Origin: Cetorhinus maximus
Taxonomy: Eukaryota
NCBI RefSeq assembly: GCF_964194155.1
Contig: NC_135898.1
Span: 7,874,001 to 7,938,000, forward strand
DNA: 64,000 nucleotides
Direction: 5' to 3'
A program made the position numbers and the translations under genes. This document shows positions 1 through 11,173 of this stretch, in pieces; position 1 is the stretch's first letter; each line of letters opens with the position of its first letter. The notes under the pieces were generated by a model. That model was not told the DNA's origin and made no database searches. It saw only the letters and a program-made list of their open reading frames with translations.

Positions 1-230
1 AAGCCAACGTAGGGGTTGTTTTGGTATAAATGCAGCCAGTTGCTCTGATCTGGAATGCAATGCCTGGAAGGGTAGTCGAACGGGAACTGGCTTAAAAACT
101 TGAAAAGGAAAATCAGTAGAGGGTTATGGAAAAGAGCAGGATGGTGAGATGAATTGGATAGCTCGAGCAAAGAATCGGAACAGGCACAATGGGCTCAATG
201 GCCTCCTTCTGTTCTTCATTATTCTATTGG
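1..230 (+). mobile_element. CR1 LINE 3' end, decayed
   Basis: tggaatgca..gcctggaagggtagt...gggctcaatggcctccttctg tail, shared with other CR1 copies in the window. Confidence 0.65.
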
Positions 231-612
231 TAATTATCAGTCTGTAAACTCAAACACCAAGACTGACCATTCCAGGTACTTTGTTAGAAAAAAATTCTAA
301 CCTCCGGCCACCAAATCATCAGATTGTACAGGAGGCCCCAGGTAAAAGATTGAACATCTGCCCTGGTCCCAGGGCTGTTTCAAACCACTGAACAACAGCT
401 CAGAAGGATCTTTCCTCCAATTATTCCCCTCTCTTTCACCCTATGAGCATTTAGTCTCCATTTGACACACTTAACTCCAAATGGCAACATTTGGTCGTGG
501 CAATATGAGTTGGAGGTGACAACTATTTTTGCCAATCAGAATCTGCATTGTACCATGGAGAGGCCATGTGAACTGATCTGGCCAACATTTCGCCCTCAGC
601 CAAACAGACTCA

Positions 613-774
<162 letters not shown>

Positions 775-785
775 TTAGTGACTAA

Positions 786-990
786 CAAACAACAACTTGT
801 ATTCATATAGTCCCTTTAATGTAGGCACTTGACGGGAAAATTGAACAAAACTTCACACTGAGCCAAAAAAGGGAGATATCTGGACAGGTGACCAAAAGCT
901 TGGTCAAAGAGGGAAGTTTGAACGAGCAGCTTCAAGCAGCAGAGTGAGCTAGAGGGGTTTAGGAAGAGCCCAGGGTCTAGACACCTGAAA
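786..990 (-). mobile_element. L2-type LINE 3' fragment
   Basis: Reverse complement of the tail at 44050-44250 (acaacaacttg...gtgaccaaaagcttggtcaaaga). Confidence 0.6.
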
Positions 991-1014
991 GTTGACCAAA
1001 GCAGAACCCATCAA

Positions 1015-1530
1015 TCATCATCACAGTATCTTTACAGTGCAAACAGTGGCCATTCAGCCCATCGACCTTGCACTGGCTCTCTGAAAGAGCATTCCACCCA
1101 GTCCCACTCCCCTGCCATATCCCCGTAACCTTGCACATTCTTTCTTATCAGGCAGCAATCCAATTCCCTTCTGAATACCTCGATCGAACCTGCCTTCACC
1201 ACCCTCTCAGGAAGCCCGTTCCAGACTCCAGCCACCCTCTGGGTGAAAAAAATTTTCCTCACATCAGTTTTGCTCCTTTTACCAATTATGTTGAATCTGT
1301 GCCCTCTAGTTCTTGATGTTCTCTTGAGTGGGAGCAGTTTCTCACTGTTTATCCTGTCCCATACCCCTCAGGATCATGAATACCTCTATCAAATCTCCTC
1401 TCAGCCTTCTTTTCTCCAAGTAAAACAGTCCCAATCTCTCCAATTGATCCTCATAGCTACACTTCTTCATCCCAGGAATCATTCGTGTAAATCTCCTCTG
1501 TACTCTCTCCAATGTCTTCATATCCTTCAC
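1015..1530 (-). mobile_element. CR1 LINE 3' end
   Basis: [14 protein letters not shown]...RRLRGDLIEVF and FFTQRVAGVWNGLP in the ORF track. Confidence 0.85.
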
Positions 1531-1594
1531 ATCATGACAGAATATCTATCAAGTGGTTATTAATATCAACTAGGTATCAAAAAATAATTGAAGA

Positions 1595-2100
1595 TGGAGT
1601 GTGATGGAATACTCTCCACTTTCCTGGGTGAGTGCAACTCCCACAACACTCAAGAAGCTTGACAAGGGACAAAGCAGCCCACCTGATAGGCACCCCATCC
1701 ACAAACATTCACTCCCTCCACCACCGACGGACAGCAGCAGCAGTGTGTACCATCTACAAGATGCAATGTAGGAACTCACCAATACTCCTTCGACAGCATC
1801 TTCCAAACCCACGACCACCACCATCTAGAAGAACAAGGGCAGCAGACACATGGGAACATCATCACCTGGAAGTTCCCCTCCAAGTCACTCACCATCCTGA
1901 CTTGGAAATATATCGATGTTCCTTCACTGTCACTGGGTCAAAATCCTGGAACTCCCTCCCTAACAGCACTGTGGCTGTACCTACACCACATGGACTGCAG
2001 CGGTTCAAGAAGGCAGCTCACCACCACCTTCTCAAGGGCAACTAGGGATAGCCCAGCCAGCAAAGCCCACATCCCGTGAATTAATTTTAAAAAAAAGAAA
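1595..2100 (+). mobile_element. Non-LTR retrotransposon 3' end (CR1/L2/Jockey-group), same family as 33290-34045
   Basis: Near-identical to 33525-34040; A-rich tail. Confidence 0.75.
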
Positions 2101-2559
2101 GATTTTCATTTCAGTAGCAAGCACAGCAACTCAGTGTCACACCTCATGCAAAAGATGGCACATCTGACAGTGCAGCACTCCCTCAGCACTGAGAGAGTCC
2201 AGCTTTCTGAGCTCAGGTCTCTGGGGCTTGGACCCACAGCCTGCTGACACAGTACAAAGAGTGCTGTGGACTGAACCCCTGCTAACACCTTGAATGCCAA
2301 CACATGCCTCTACCCTTTCCACCACACGCAGCTATCTGCCTCCTCACACCCCCACCTCTCCAATTTCACCGCAATACATGGACACCATTTGCCTCACCCA
2401 GTCCATTTGGCAGTGCGCTGCACTCCCACTACACTTCTCAGGTTTCTGCTAAACCACATCCCCCCAACAGATTTACCAATCAGTCCCCCCACATAGCAGA
2501 CTGGTCAGTCAATGAAAAGCTCATTGGGCCCAAGGGGAAGTGGCAAATTGAATCTAAAA

Positions 2560-2960
2560 TTGGCTCAGTCACAGGAAGCAAAGGCTCCTAGTCAACATGT
2601 GTTCTTGTGACTGGAAAGCAGTCTGCAGTGGGGTTCCACAGAGCTCTGTACTGGACCCCTTGGTGTTTGTGATCTACATCAATGACTTAGGCTGATGTGG
2701 AGGGGGAGGGAGCACAGTACAAAACTGGCCCCACGCTTGATAGCGAGGAGGGTAGACTGAGGGAAGGAATCAATGGACTGGTCAGGTGAGCAGATAGTGG
2801 CAGATGGAGTTCCATCCAGAGAAGTGTGAGGTGATGCATCTGGGGAGGACGAACAAGACAACGGAAGACACAACATGTGGTAGGATTGTGAGAGATGTGG
2901 TGGAACACAGTGACCTTGGAGTGAATGTCAACAGATTGACAGCACAGGTAGATACTGTGG
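2560..2960 (+). mobile_element. CR1 RT fragment, decayed
   Basis: W.AV.SGVPQ.SVLDP..F.IYINDL and WQMEFHPEKCEVMHLG remnants. Confidence 0.7.
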
Positions 2961-3094
2961 TTACAGGACACTCTCCTCTGTTAGCTGAGGCATAGAATGT
3001 AAATGATCCCCTTCTGTGCCTTAAATCATCCCTCAGCACTGCCCACACAATTGATTAAATCTTCCTTCACTAAAACAAACTCTAGTGACCGTTG

Positions 3095-4980
3095 TAATGT
3101 GGGAGATTTCGACAGGCAGCCTAGGTGAGTTGGAGTGCTGGGGGAGATGTGTGTAATGTGGGAGATTTCGACACGCAGTCTAGGTGAGTTGCAGTGCTGG
3201 GGGAGGTGTGTGTAATGTAGGAGATTTCGACACACAGCCTAGGTGAGTTGGAGTGCTGGGGAGGTGTGTGTAATGTAGGAGATTTCGACACGCAGCCTAG
3301 GTGAGTTAGAGTGCTGGGGGAGATGTGTGTAATGTGGGAGATTTCGACACGCAGCCTAGGTGAGTTGCAGTGCTGGGGGAGGTGTGTGTAATGTAGGAGA
3401 TTTCGACACACAGCCTAGGTGAGTTGGAGTGCTGGGGAGGTGTGTGTAATGTAGGAGATTTCGACACGCAGCCTAGGTGAGTTGGAGTGCTGGGGGAGAC
3501 GTGTGTAATGTGGGAGATGTCGACACGCAGCCTAGGTGAGTTGGAGTGCTGGGGGAGACGTGTGTAATGTGGGAAATTTTGACACGCAGCCTAGGTGAGT
3601 TGGAGTGCTGGGGGAGATGTGTGTAATGTGGGAGATTTCGACAGGCAGCCTAGGTGAGTTGGAGTGCTGGGGGAGGTGTGTGTAATGTGGGAGATTTTGA
3701 CACGCAGCCTAGGTGAGTTGGAGTGCTGGGGGAGATGTGTGTAAGGTGGGAGATGTCGACACGCAGCCTAGGTGAGTTGGAGTGCTGGGGGAGATGCGTG
3801 TAATGTAGGAGATTTCGACAGGCAGCCTAGGTGAGTTGGAATGCTGGGGGAGACGTGTGTAATGTGGGAGATGTCGACACGCAGCCTAGGTGAGTTGGAG
3901 TGCTGGGGGAGACGTGTGTAATGTGGGAGATTTCGACAGGCAGCCTAGGTGAGTTGGAGTGCTGGGGGAGACGTGTGTAATGTGGGAGATTTCGACAGGC
4001 AGCCTAGGTGAGTTGGAGTGCTGGGGGAGACGTGTGTAATGTGGGAGATTTCGACACGCAGCCTAGGTGAGTTGGAGTGCTGGGGGAGACGTGTGTAATG
4101 TGGGAGATTTCGAGACGCAGTGTAGGTGAGTTGGAGTGCTGGGGGAGGTGTGTGTAATGTAGGAGATTTCGACACGCAGCCTAGGTGAGTTGGAGTGCTG
4201 GGGGAGACGTGTGTAATGTGGGAGATGTCGACACGCAGCCTAGGTGAGTTGGAGTGCTGGGGGAGACGTGTGTAATGTGGGAGATTTCGAGACGCAGTGT
4301 AGGTGAGTTGGAGTGCTGGGGGAGGTGTGTGTAATGTAGGAGATTTCGACACGCAGCCTAGGTGAGTTGGAGTGCTGGGGGAGACGTGTGTAATGTGGGA
4401 GATGTCGACACGCAGCCTAGGTGAGTTGGAGTGCTGGGGGAGACGTGTGTAATGTGGGAGATTTCGACACGCAGCCTAGGTGAGTTGGAGTGCTGGGGGA
4501 GACCTGTGTAATGTGGGAGATTTCGAGACGCAGTCTAGGTGAGTTGGAGTGCTGGGGGAGGTGTGTGTAATGTAGGAGATTTTGACACGCAGCCTAGGTG
4601 AGTTGGAGTGCTGGGGGAGATGTGCGTAATGTAGGAGATTTCGACACGCAGCCTAGGTGAGTTGGAGTGCTGGGGGAGACGTGTGTAATGTGGGAGATGT
4701 CGACACGCAGCCTAGGTGAGTTGGAGTGCTGGGGGAGATGTGTGTAATGTAGGAGATTTCGTCAGGCAGCCTAGGTGAGTTGGAGTGCTGGGGGAGACGT
4801 GTGTAATGTGGGAGATGTCGACACGCAGCCTAGGTGAGTTGGAGTGCTGGGGGAGACGTAATGTGGGAGATTTCGACACGCAGCCTAGGTGAGTTGGAGT
4901 GCTGGGGGAGGTGTGTGTAATGTAGGAGATTTCGACACGCAGCCTAGGTGAGTTGGAGTGCTGGGGGTGATGTGTGTAAT
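3095..4980. repeat. 59-bp minisatellite, ~32 copies, in an R3HCC1 intron
   Basis: Unit gtgtgtaatgtgggagatttcgacacgcagcctaggtgagttggagtgctgggggagac. Confidence 0.95.
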
Positions 4981-5149
4981 CAGTTGGACAGAATTGAGGG
5001 AGTAACCCCATATCGAGTGCGAGTGAAAGGGCAGCTCCCTTACACATTGACTTCCTTATCCAGTGAACTTACAGACAGCATATTTACCAAGTTGCCAATT
5101 CATTAACAACCGTTTTGCCCTCTTGCTCAGATCAATATTGTCATTTCTT

Positions 5150-5525
5150 TCATCGAAGACTTGCATTTAGACTACAAATACTTTTGGAAGTGTAATAACT
5201 GTTGAAACGTAGGAAACGCAGCAGCTCATGACACACAGCAAACTCCCTCAAACAGCAACGTAATAATGACCAGATAATCTGTTTTACTGATGTTGGTGGG
5301 GGAATAAAGGGAAGAACTCCCTTGTTCTTCATCAAATAGCACAGGGGGACCTTTTCCATCAGATGGGACCTCGGTTTATTGTCTCATTGCAAAGACACAT
5401 GACTCTCTTGTGCACAGGAACGTGAGCCTTGATTTTTTTTTGTACTTAAGCTGTGGGGTGGGACTTGAACCCAGAACTTTGTGACTCAGAGGAGAGAGTC
5501 CGACCAACTGAGCCACGGCTGACAT
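5150..5525 (-). mobile_element. Deu-domain (SacSINE1-like) tRNA-derived SINE
   Basis: tRNA-like head (B box ggttcaagtccc on minus) and body aaacagattatctggtcattat...gctgtttg. Other copies near 2140-2270, 14990-15130, 31430-31570 and 56660-56770. Confidence 0.65.
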
Positions 5526-5574
5526 GCCAGTTAAACGACAGGCAGGCGTTCATGTTCACACTCATTTTACTTAC

Positions 5575-5690
5575 TTGTTTGGATTGTCAACAGTTTTTGA
5601 AAGAAAACATTCCAGCTCTTCGGTAATTTTATCCACAAATTCATCTTCCTCTTTGGACAGATAAACACCATCCAGACGGAAAAGAGCCAG
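5575..5690 (-). CDS. R3HCC1: R3HCC1 first coding exon, CUG-initiated (exon spans 5575-5716)
   Basis: ttgcag| acceptor at 5717, |gtaagt donor at 5574. CTG(5690)-ALFRLDGVYLSKEEDEFVDKITEELECFLSKTVDNPN resembles the recalled human N-terminus ([28 protein letters not shown]). Phase 2 joins in frame to 614-751. Confidence 0.85.
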
Positions 5691-5989
5691 GATGAGGCAG
5701 AGTCAAACACAACAATCTGCAAAGAAAAAACAGAAAGGCTTTGAGCAACACCAGAATCCAATGAAAACTGCAACAGGACTAAAATAAAACTACAGCTCAG
5801 ATATACCTTCACTCAGTTCAGCTTCCCTGCCTCTTCACCAGAATTTCTTATCGGAGTACAACTCTCTAAATCTAACTCCACGTGCTGAACTCTATCACAG
5901 GGACAGCAAAGTGCATCAGCTGCTTATATCCCCCAGACCCCAGCCCCCCCCAGAATCCACATTAAATCCTTGGTTTACTCTTGCCTCAG

Positions 5990-6395
5990 CTCTGGGCACT
6001 CACACAGTCAGAAGGTGATGAGTTCCCAGTGAGAACAAAATCAAGGCTTGGCACTCCAGTGCAGTGCTGAGGGGGTGCCACACTGTCAGAGGTGCGGTCT
6101 TTCAGATAAGGCATTAAGTTGAGGCCCTGTCTGATCTCTTCAGTCAATGTCAACGATCCCTCGGCTCCACTTCAAAGAACATGGGAGCTCTTCCCACCGT
6201 TCTGGTCAATGTTTAGCCTTCAAACAGCACCACTGAAACAGATTATCTGGTCATTATCAGATTGCTGTTTGAGGGAGCTTGCTGTGTGTAAATTGGCTGT
6301 TACAGCAGCCGCTACAATTCAAAAATACTTTGATGGCTGTCAACTGTTTCAGAACATCCCAAGATAATGAAAGGTGCTATGTAAATACACATTTT
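5990..6395 (+). mobile_element. Deu-domain SINE
   Basis: gtgcagtgctgaggg..gtgc.acactgtcagaggtgc.gtctttc core; aaggtgctatgtaaat tail. Confidence 0.7.
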
Positions 6396-7239
6396 TTACA
6401 TCCTGAAATCCCTTTTGGATTTAATAGTGACCAAGTTACATTCTAGCGTAGGAATGCCCCACCAGAGGAAACATCTCTGTCACATCTAGCCAATCAAACC
6501 TTTCATATTCTGAATTTAAGCTAGTTGTTCCCCAAGTGTCCCAGCCCATTCCACTTTTCCTAATGGATGGAACTTCTCAATTCCAGGATGATCTATTTAC
6601 ACCTTCACCAGTGCCTCAGTATCTTTTTGTTCAAATAATATGGAGGCCAGAAAAGTGTGCAGTTCTCCAAGTATGGTCTAATCAAGGTTCGATACTGGTT
6701 TAGCATCACTTCTCTGCTTTTCAATGACATTCCAGCTGAGATGAACCGCCAATGCTTCGTGTGTGTCTTCTTTTTTATAAAATGGCCTTCTGAAGGTGCA
6801 GCACTTCTTTCAGTGGGTGAACCTTTGCCTGGGCTGATTTAGCAGTGGAGAGCTCCGAGGCTACCAAATAATAATGAGACTGAGCATCCAGCCCCGGGCA
6901 CAGAGTAAAATCCTGACACAGCGGGGATAACAATAGGTGGTGATGCTCCAGGGACCCATCTATTCCCTATTCACAGCACGCCAGGATCACACAGAAACCA
7001 AGGCACAGTGCCCGCAGGCTGGGAGGGGAGCCAGGGGGACGGTGGTGCGTGGACTCTGCTGCTGCTTTCTCCATGAACAGAAAGAAGCCAACTCTCAGGA
7101 GCAGAGAGATACCAGCAAACGGCCCTGATCCTGCTGCAGACTCAGGCGGCAGCCAAGCTGACCAATCACCTTCTGACTTTCGGTTTTGCCTGCGGAAAAA
7201 AAAAAGAACGAGATTCTTATTTTACATTTCATTACTTAC

Positions 7240-7380
7240 AGATGAAATTCTCCAGCCGCTGAGCCCTGGAACAGATCTTCGCTTTGCTCAAAGTAAAGAT
7301 GAGTTAAAATGCTTCCGCTCTGCAGCTTTGATACACACAACCGAATGGTTACATTCAGCTGGGACGCATGCGCACTGAGG
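7240..7380 (-). promoter_or_regulatory. Putative R3HCC1 promoter and non-coding first exon
   Basis: Strong donor CT|gtaagt at 7239, ETS-like GCGGAAGC at 7311-7318 (minus), NRF1-like ACGCATGCGCA at 7364-7374, local CpG enrichment. Confidence 0.5.
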
Positions 7381-7540
7381 GCCCCGGTGCAGGGGAAACT
7401 CCCTGGCTGGAATTGACACCCTGGGTACTGCCATCTGGAGGGCTCAGAGACACAGTCTGGCAGCACAGAGAAACATTCAGGATCCCATCACTCATTCAAT
7501 TCCGAAACAAACACCATCATCACCATGTCTATGGCCCCCC

Positions 7541-8720
7541 CCCTATCTCCGTAACCTCCTCCAGCCCCTACAACTTCCCTATCTCTGTAACCTCCTCCAG
7601 CTCCTACAACTTCCCTATCTCTGTAACCTCCTCCAGCTCCTACAACTTCCCTATCTCTGTAACCTCCTCCAGCCCCTACAACTTCCCTATCTCTGTAACC
7701 TCCTCCAGCCCCTACAACCCTCCCTATCTCTGTAACCTCCTCCAGCCCCTACAACTTCCCTATCTCTGTGACCTCCTCCAGCCCCTGCAACCCTTCCTAT
7801 CTCTGTAACCTCATCCAGCCCCTACAACTTCCCTATCTCTGTGACCTCCTCCAGCCCCTGCAACCCTCCCTATCTCTGTAACCTCCTCCAGCCCCTGCAA
7901 CCCTCCCTATCTCTGTAACCTCCTCCAGCCCCTGCAAACCTCCCTATCTCTGTAAACCTCCCTATCTCTGTAACCTCCTCCAGCCCCTACAACCCTCCCT
8001 ATCACTGTAACCTCCTCCAACCCCTACAACCTCCCTATTTCTGTAACCTCCTCCTCCAGCCCCTGCAACCCTCACTATCTCTGTAACCTCCTCCAGCCCC
8101 TGCAACCCTCCCTCTCCCTGTAACCTCCTCCAGCACCTGCAACCCTCACTATCTCTGTAACCTCCTCCAGCCCCTGCAACCCTCCCTATCCCTGTAACCT
8201 CCTCCAGCCCCTGCTACCATTCCTATTCCTGTAACCTCCTCCAGCCCCTGCAACCCTTCCTATCTCTGTAACCTCCTCCAGCCCCACAACTCCTCCCTAT
8301 ATCTACAACCTCCTCCAGCCCTACAACCCTCCCTAACTCTGTAACCTCCTCCAGCCCCTACAACCTTCCCTACCTCTGTAACCTCCTCCAACCCCTACAA
8401 CCTCCCTATTTTTGTAACCTCCACCAGCCCATGCAACCTTCACTATCTCTAAAACCTCCTCCAGCCCCTGCAACCCTCCCTATCTCTGTAACTTCCTCCA
8501 GCCCCTGCAACCCTCCCTATCTCTGTAACCTCCTCCAGCCCCTACAACCTCCCTATTTCTGTAACCTCCTCCAGCCCCTACACTCCTCCCTATATCTATA
8601 ACCTCCTCCAGCCCCTACAACCCTCCCTATCTCTGTAACCTCCTCCAGCCCTGACAACCTTCCCTATCTCTGTAACCTCCTCCAGCCACTACAACCTCGC
8701 TATCTCTGTAACCTCCTCCA
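7541..8720. repeat. ~36-bp minisatellite, ~33 copies
   Basis: Unit ccctatctctgtaacctcctccagcccctacaaccct/ctt; gives a 12-aa repeat in ORF 7368-7808. Confidence 0.95.
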
Positions 8721-8914
8721 ACATTCTTCAGAACTCTAACCTGTCCTGATGACAGATCATCATGAGGTGAAACATTAACTCTCTTTCTCACTCCAAAGAT
8801 GCTGTCTGGTCTGCTGGGTATTTTCAGCATTTTCTGCTTTGATTTTAGATTCCCAGCATCTGCAGTTTTTAAGTTTTGTACCGGGGTTTTTAAGTTGGGT
8901 GGTGTATGTGAACG

Positions 8915-9368
8915 CATTTGAGAAGATTCATGAGAATGCTTCCAGGGATGAGGAACTTCAGCTATGTGGATAGACTGGAGAAATGGGGGCTGGTTTCCTT
9001 GGAGGTTAAAAGGAAATGGACAGAGGTGTTTGAAATCATTCGGGATGGATAGGGAGAAACTGTTCTCATTGGCAGCAGGGTCAAGAACCAGGGAACATTG
9101 GCTAAAGGTGATTGGCTAAAGAAGAACAGTGGCATGGGGAAAGGTTGTTCACACGGCGAGTGGTTAGGATCTGGAATGCACAGCCTGAGAGTGTGGCAGA
9201 GACCAATTCAATCATTGCTTTCAAAACAGAATTGGACCATTGTCTTCGGAGGAAGAATTTGCAGGGCTACGGGGAAAAGGCTGGGCAAATTGCTCTTGCA
9301 GAGAGCCAGCACAGACATGGTGGGCTGAATGGCCTCCTTCAGTGCTGTAACCATTCTGTGATTCTATG
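8915..9368 (+). mobile_element. CR1 LINE 3' end
   Basis: LFTRRVVRIWNAQPESVAE; gggctgaatggcctcct tail. Confidence 0.8.
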
Positions 9369-9493
9369 TTAGTGTTCATTTCTGTTAAGAAAGTGGGTCT
9401 TCATGGTATTAAAAAGTGAAATCATGGAATGGTTGAAGCTTAGTCAGCATGTGTGGAAGCTGGTATGTATACACAAGGTATATATGTTCCATA

Positions 9494-9805
9494 AGATAAA
9501 AGCAAAAAACTGCGGATGCTGGAAATCCAAAACAAAAACAAAAATACCTGGAAAAACTCAGCAGGTCTGGAAGCATCTGGGGAAAGGAACACAGTTAACG
9601 TTTCGAGTCCGAACGGACTCGAAACGTTAACTGTGTTCCTTTCCCCAGATGCTGCCAGACCTGCTGAGTTTTTCCAGGTATTTTTGTATATATGTTCCAG
9701 TCGGCTTCTGAAAAAGCTCCTTGGCCTGAAACGTTAACTCTGTTTCTCTCTCCCCAGCTGCTGCCCAACCTGCTGAGTGTTTCTAGCATTTTTTCCTTTC
9801 ATTCC
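9494..9805. mobile_element. Penelope-terminus-derived palindromic element plus an adjacent older copy
   Basis: Arms match the 3' terminus of the Penelope element at 18590-18712; inverted repeat 9538-9687. Confidence 0.75.
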
Positions 9806-11167
9806 AATACATTTGTTTGATACCTTGGCACGCACTTATTTCCCTTTGGGGAATAGTTGGGAAGATTAGCAACTGATTGAACTGCCTTGTGAACACTCCT
9901 GCCGTGGCCAATAAGTCCTGGAATAGGACTTGAACCCAGAGCTTCCGTCTCAGAGTCAAGGCTGCGAGCTACAGAGTGGCAAGACCATCATTCCAATATG
10001 TCGGTCGGAGGAAAAGATATTGGACCTAGCAATTTCTATTAATCCATGTCTTTACCTGATTCACTTTCACAAAATTGGCCATAACGTCGACTGCCTCTTA
10101 ACCAATTGGTGTTTGAATTAAAGAGCTCCAATTTCTCTTTGGATAGAGTTAAGAGCCTTGCAAAAGCTACCTGCCCAAGAGAAGGATGACTCCAGTCAGT
10201 TGTCTGAGAGGAACAGGGCAGATGGTCAGTCTTATCACTCGGAGTTGAGAATTAAGCTCTCAGTTCCTTTCACCCAATTCTTCAGTTTGTTGAACCATGT
10301 ACAAGGGTCTCTGCTGGGTTGGAACCTACAGCACTGAGTAAAAGATGCCGGCTCTCTGACACCTTCATCATTCTGTTCTCTTTAGGGCAGGTCCACCGGT
10401 TTAACACTCCAGCTGTCTCTTAAGCAAATCCCAAAGACTAAGTTGATCTCCCTTACCGTTGGACCAAGGCTCTGAGGTCCAAATTGGGATCAATGATAGC
10501 TATCCAGTCAAACACCAGCACATCCACATTGTTCAGCTTTTTTTCCAAGTCTCCCCAGTGCTAAATTGGACTGGTCACCAGAAAAAAAACTGTCACCTCC
10601 CCAAACTGAGCTTGAAGCTTTCTTTACAAAGGAAAAAAAAGAACAATTTTAATTGCCAAAGAATTAGAAGAAACATATCTCGTTCTTTTGAAACCTACAA
10701 CATCCACTGCCTGGTGTAATGAGGGCAATTAGAGCCTGGAAACACTGTCTCTTGCTAGCTTGAGAGGCACAAACCAGCTGGATTTGGGCAAATATCCCTA
10801 TTCCTTCAACAGTGTTGAGTCAAAATCCCACAGCTGGCTACACACCAGCATTGCAGGAATATACTATCGGCACCTCAACGGGAGCGGTTTACAGAGAAGG
10901 TCCAGCCCCTGGCAGCAGCACCTTGGCAAGGGTCATACAAACACTGGCTTTGGCCCTTGACACCTGAATCCTGGGAGTGAACAATGTATGGCTGCAGTGA
11001 CTCACACAACTTTGTTTGGAGGATGGGCGTGGAAGGAGGATAGAGAAGTCATGGTAAGGATGTTCAGGATCATAAAATAGTGTCAAACCATTGGGCGGTT
11101 TTCATGTGCAAACGTCACTCCATCACACAGAGTAAATGAAAATCACAAGCAAGTAAATTCGTTAGAC

Positions 11168-11173
11168 TTTATT
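11168..11173 (-). terminator. Candidate RASSF2 polyadenylation signal AATAAA (3' UTR ~3.7 kb)
   Basis: AATAAA on the minus strand at the end of an AU-rich, repeat-poor stretch (11.2-12.6 kb). Confidence 0.45.

Noticed and set aside
3095-4980. CRISPR-like array
   Set aside because: Contiguous tandem units with no unique spacers, no cas genes, and eukaryotic context. The same applies to the 36-, 33- and 23-bp arrays.
5575-5716. Frameshifted signal-peptide exon of a secreted (MSMB-like or Gla) pseudogene
   Set aside because: It splices in frame to an R3H-domain exon and matches the R3HCC1 N-terminus; a CUG start explains the upstream stop.
6965-7189. Coding exon after the strong minus-strand acceptor at 7190
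   Set aside because: No recognisable protein in any frame, and only 50 nt from the upstream donor; at most an alternative UTR segment.
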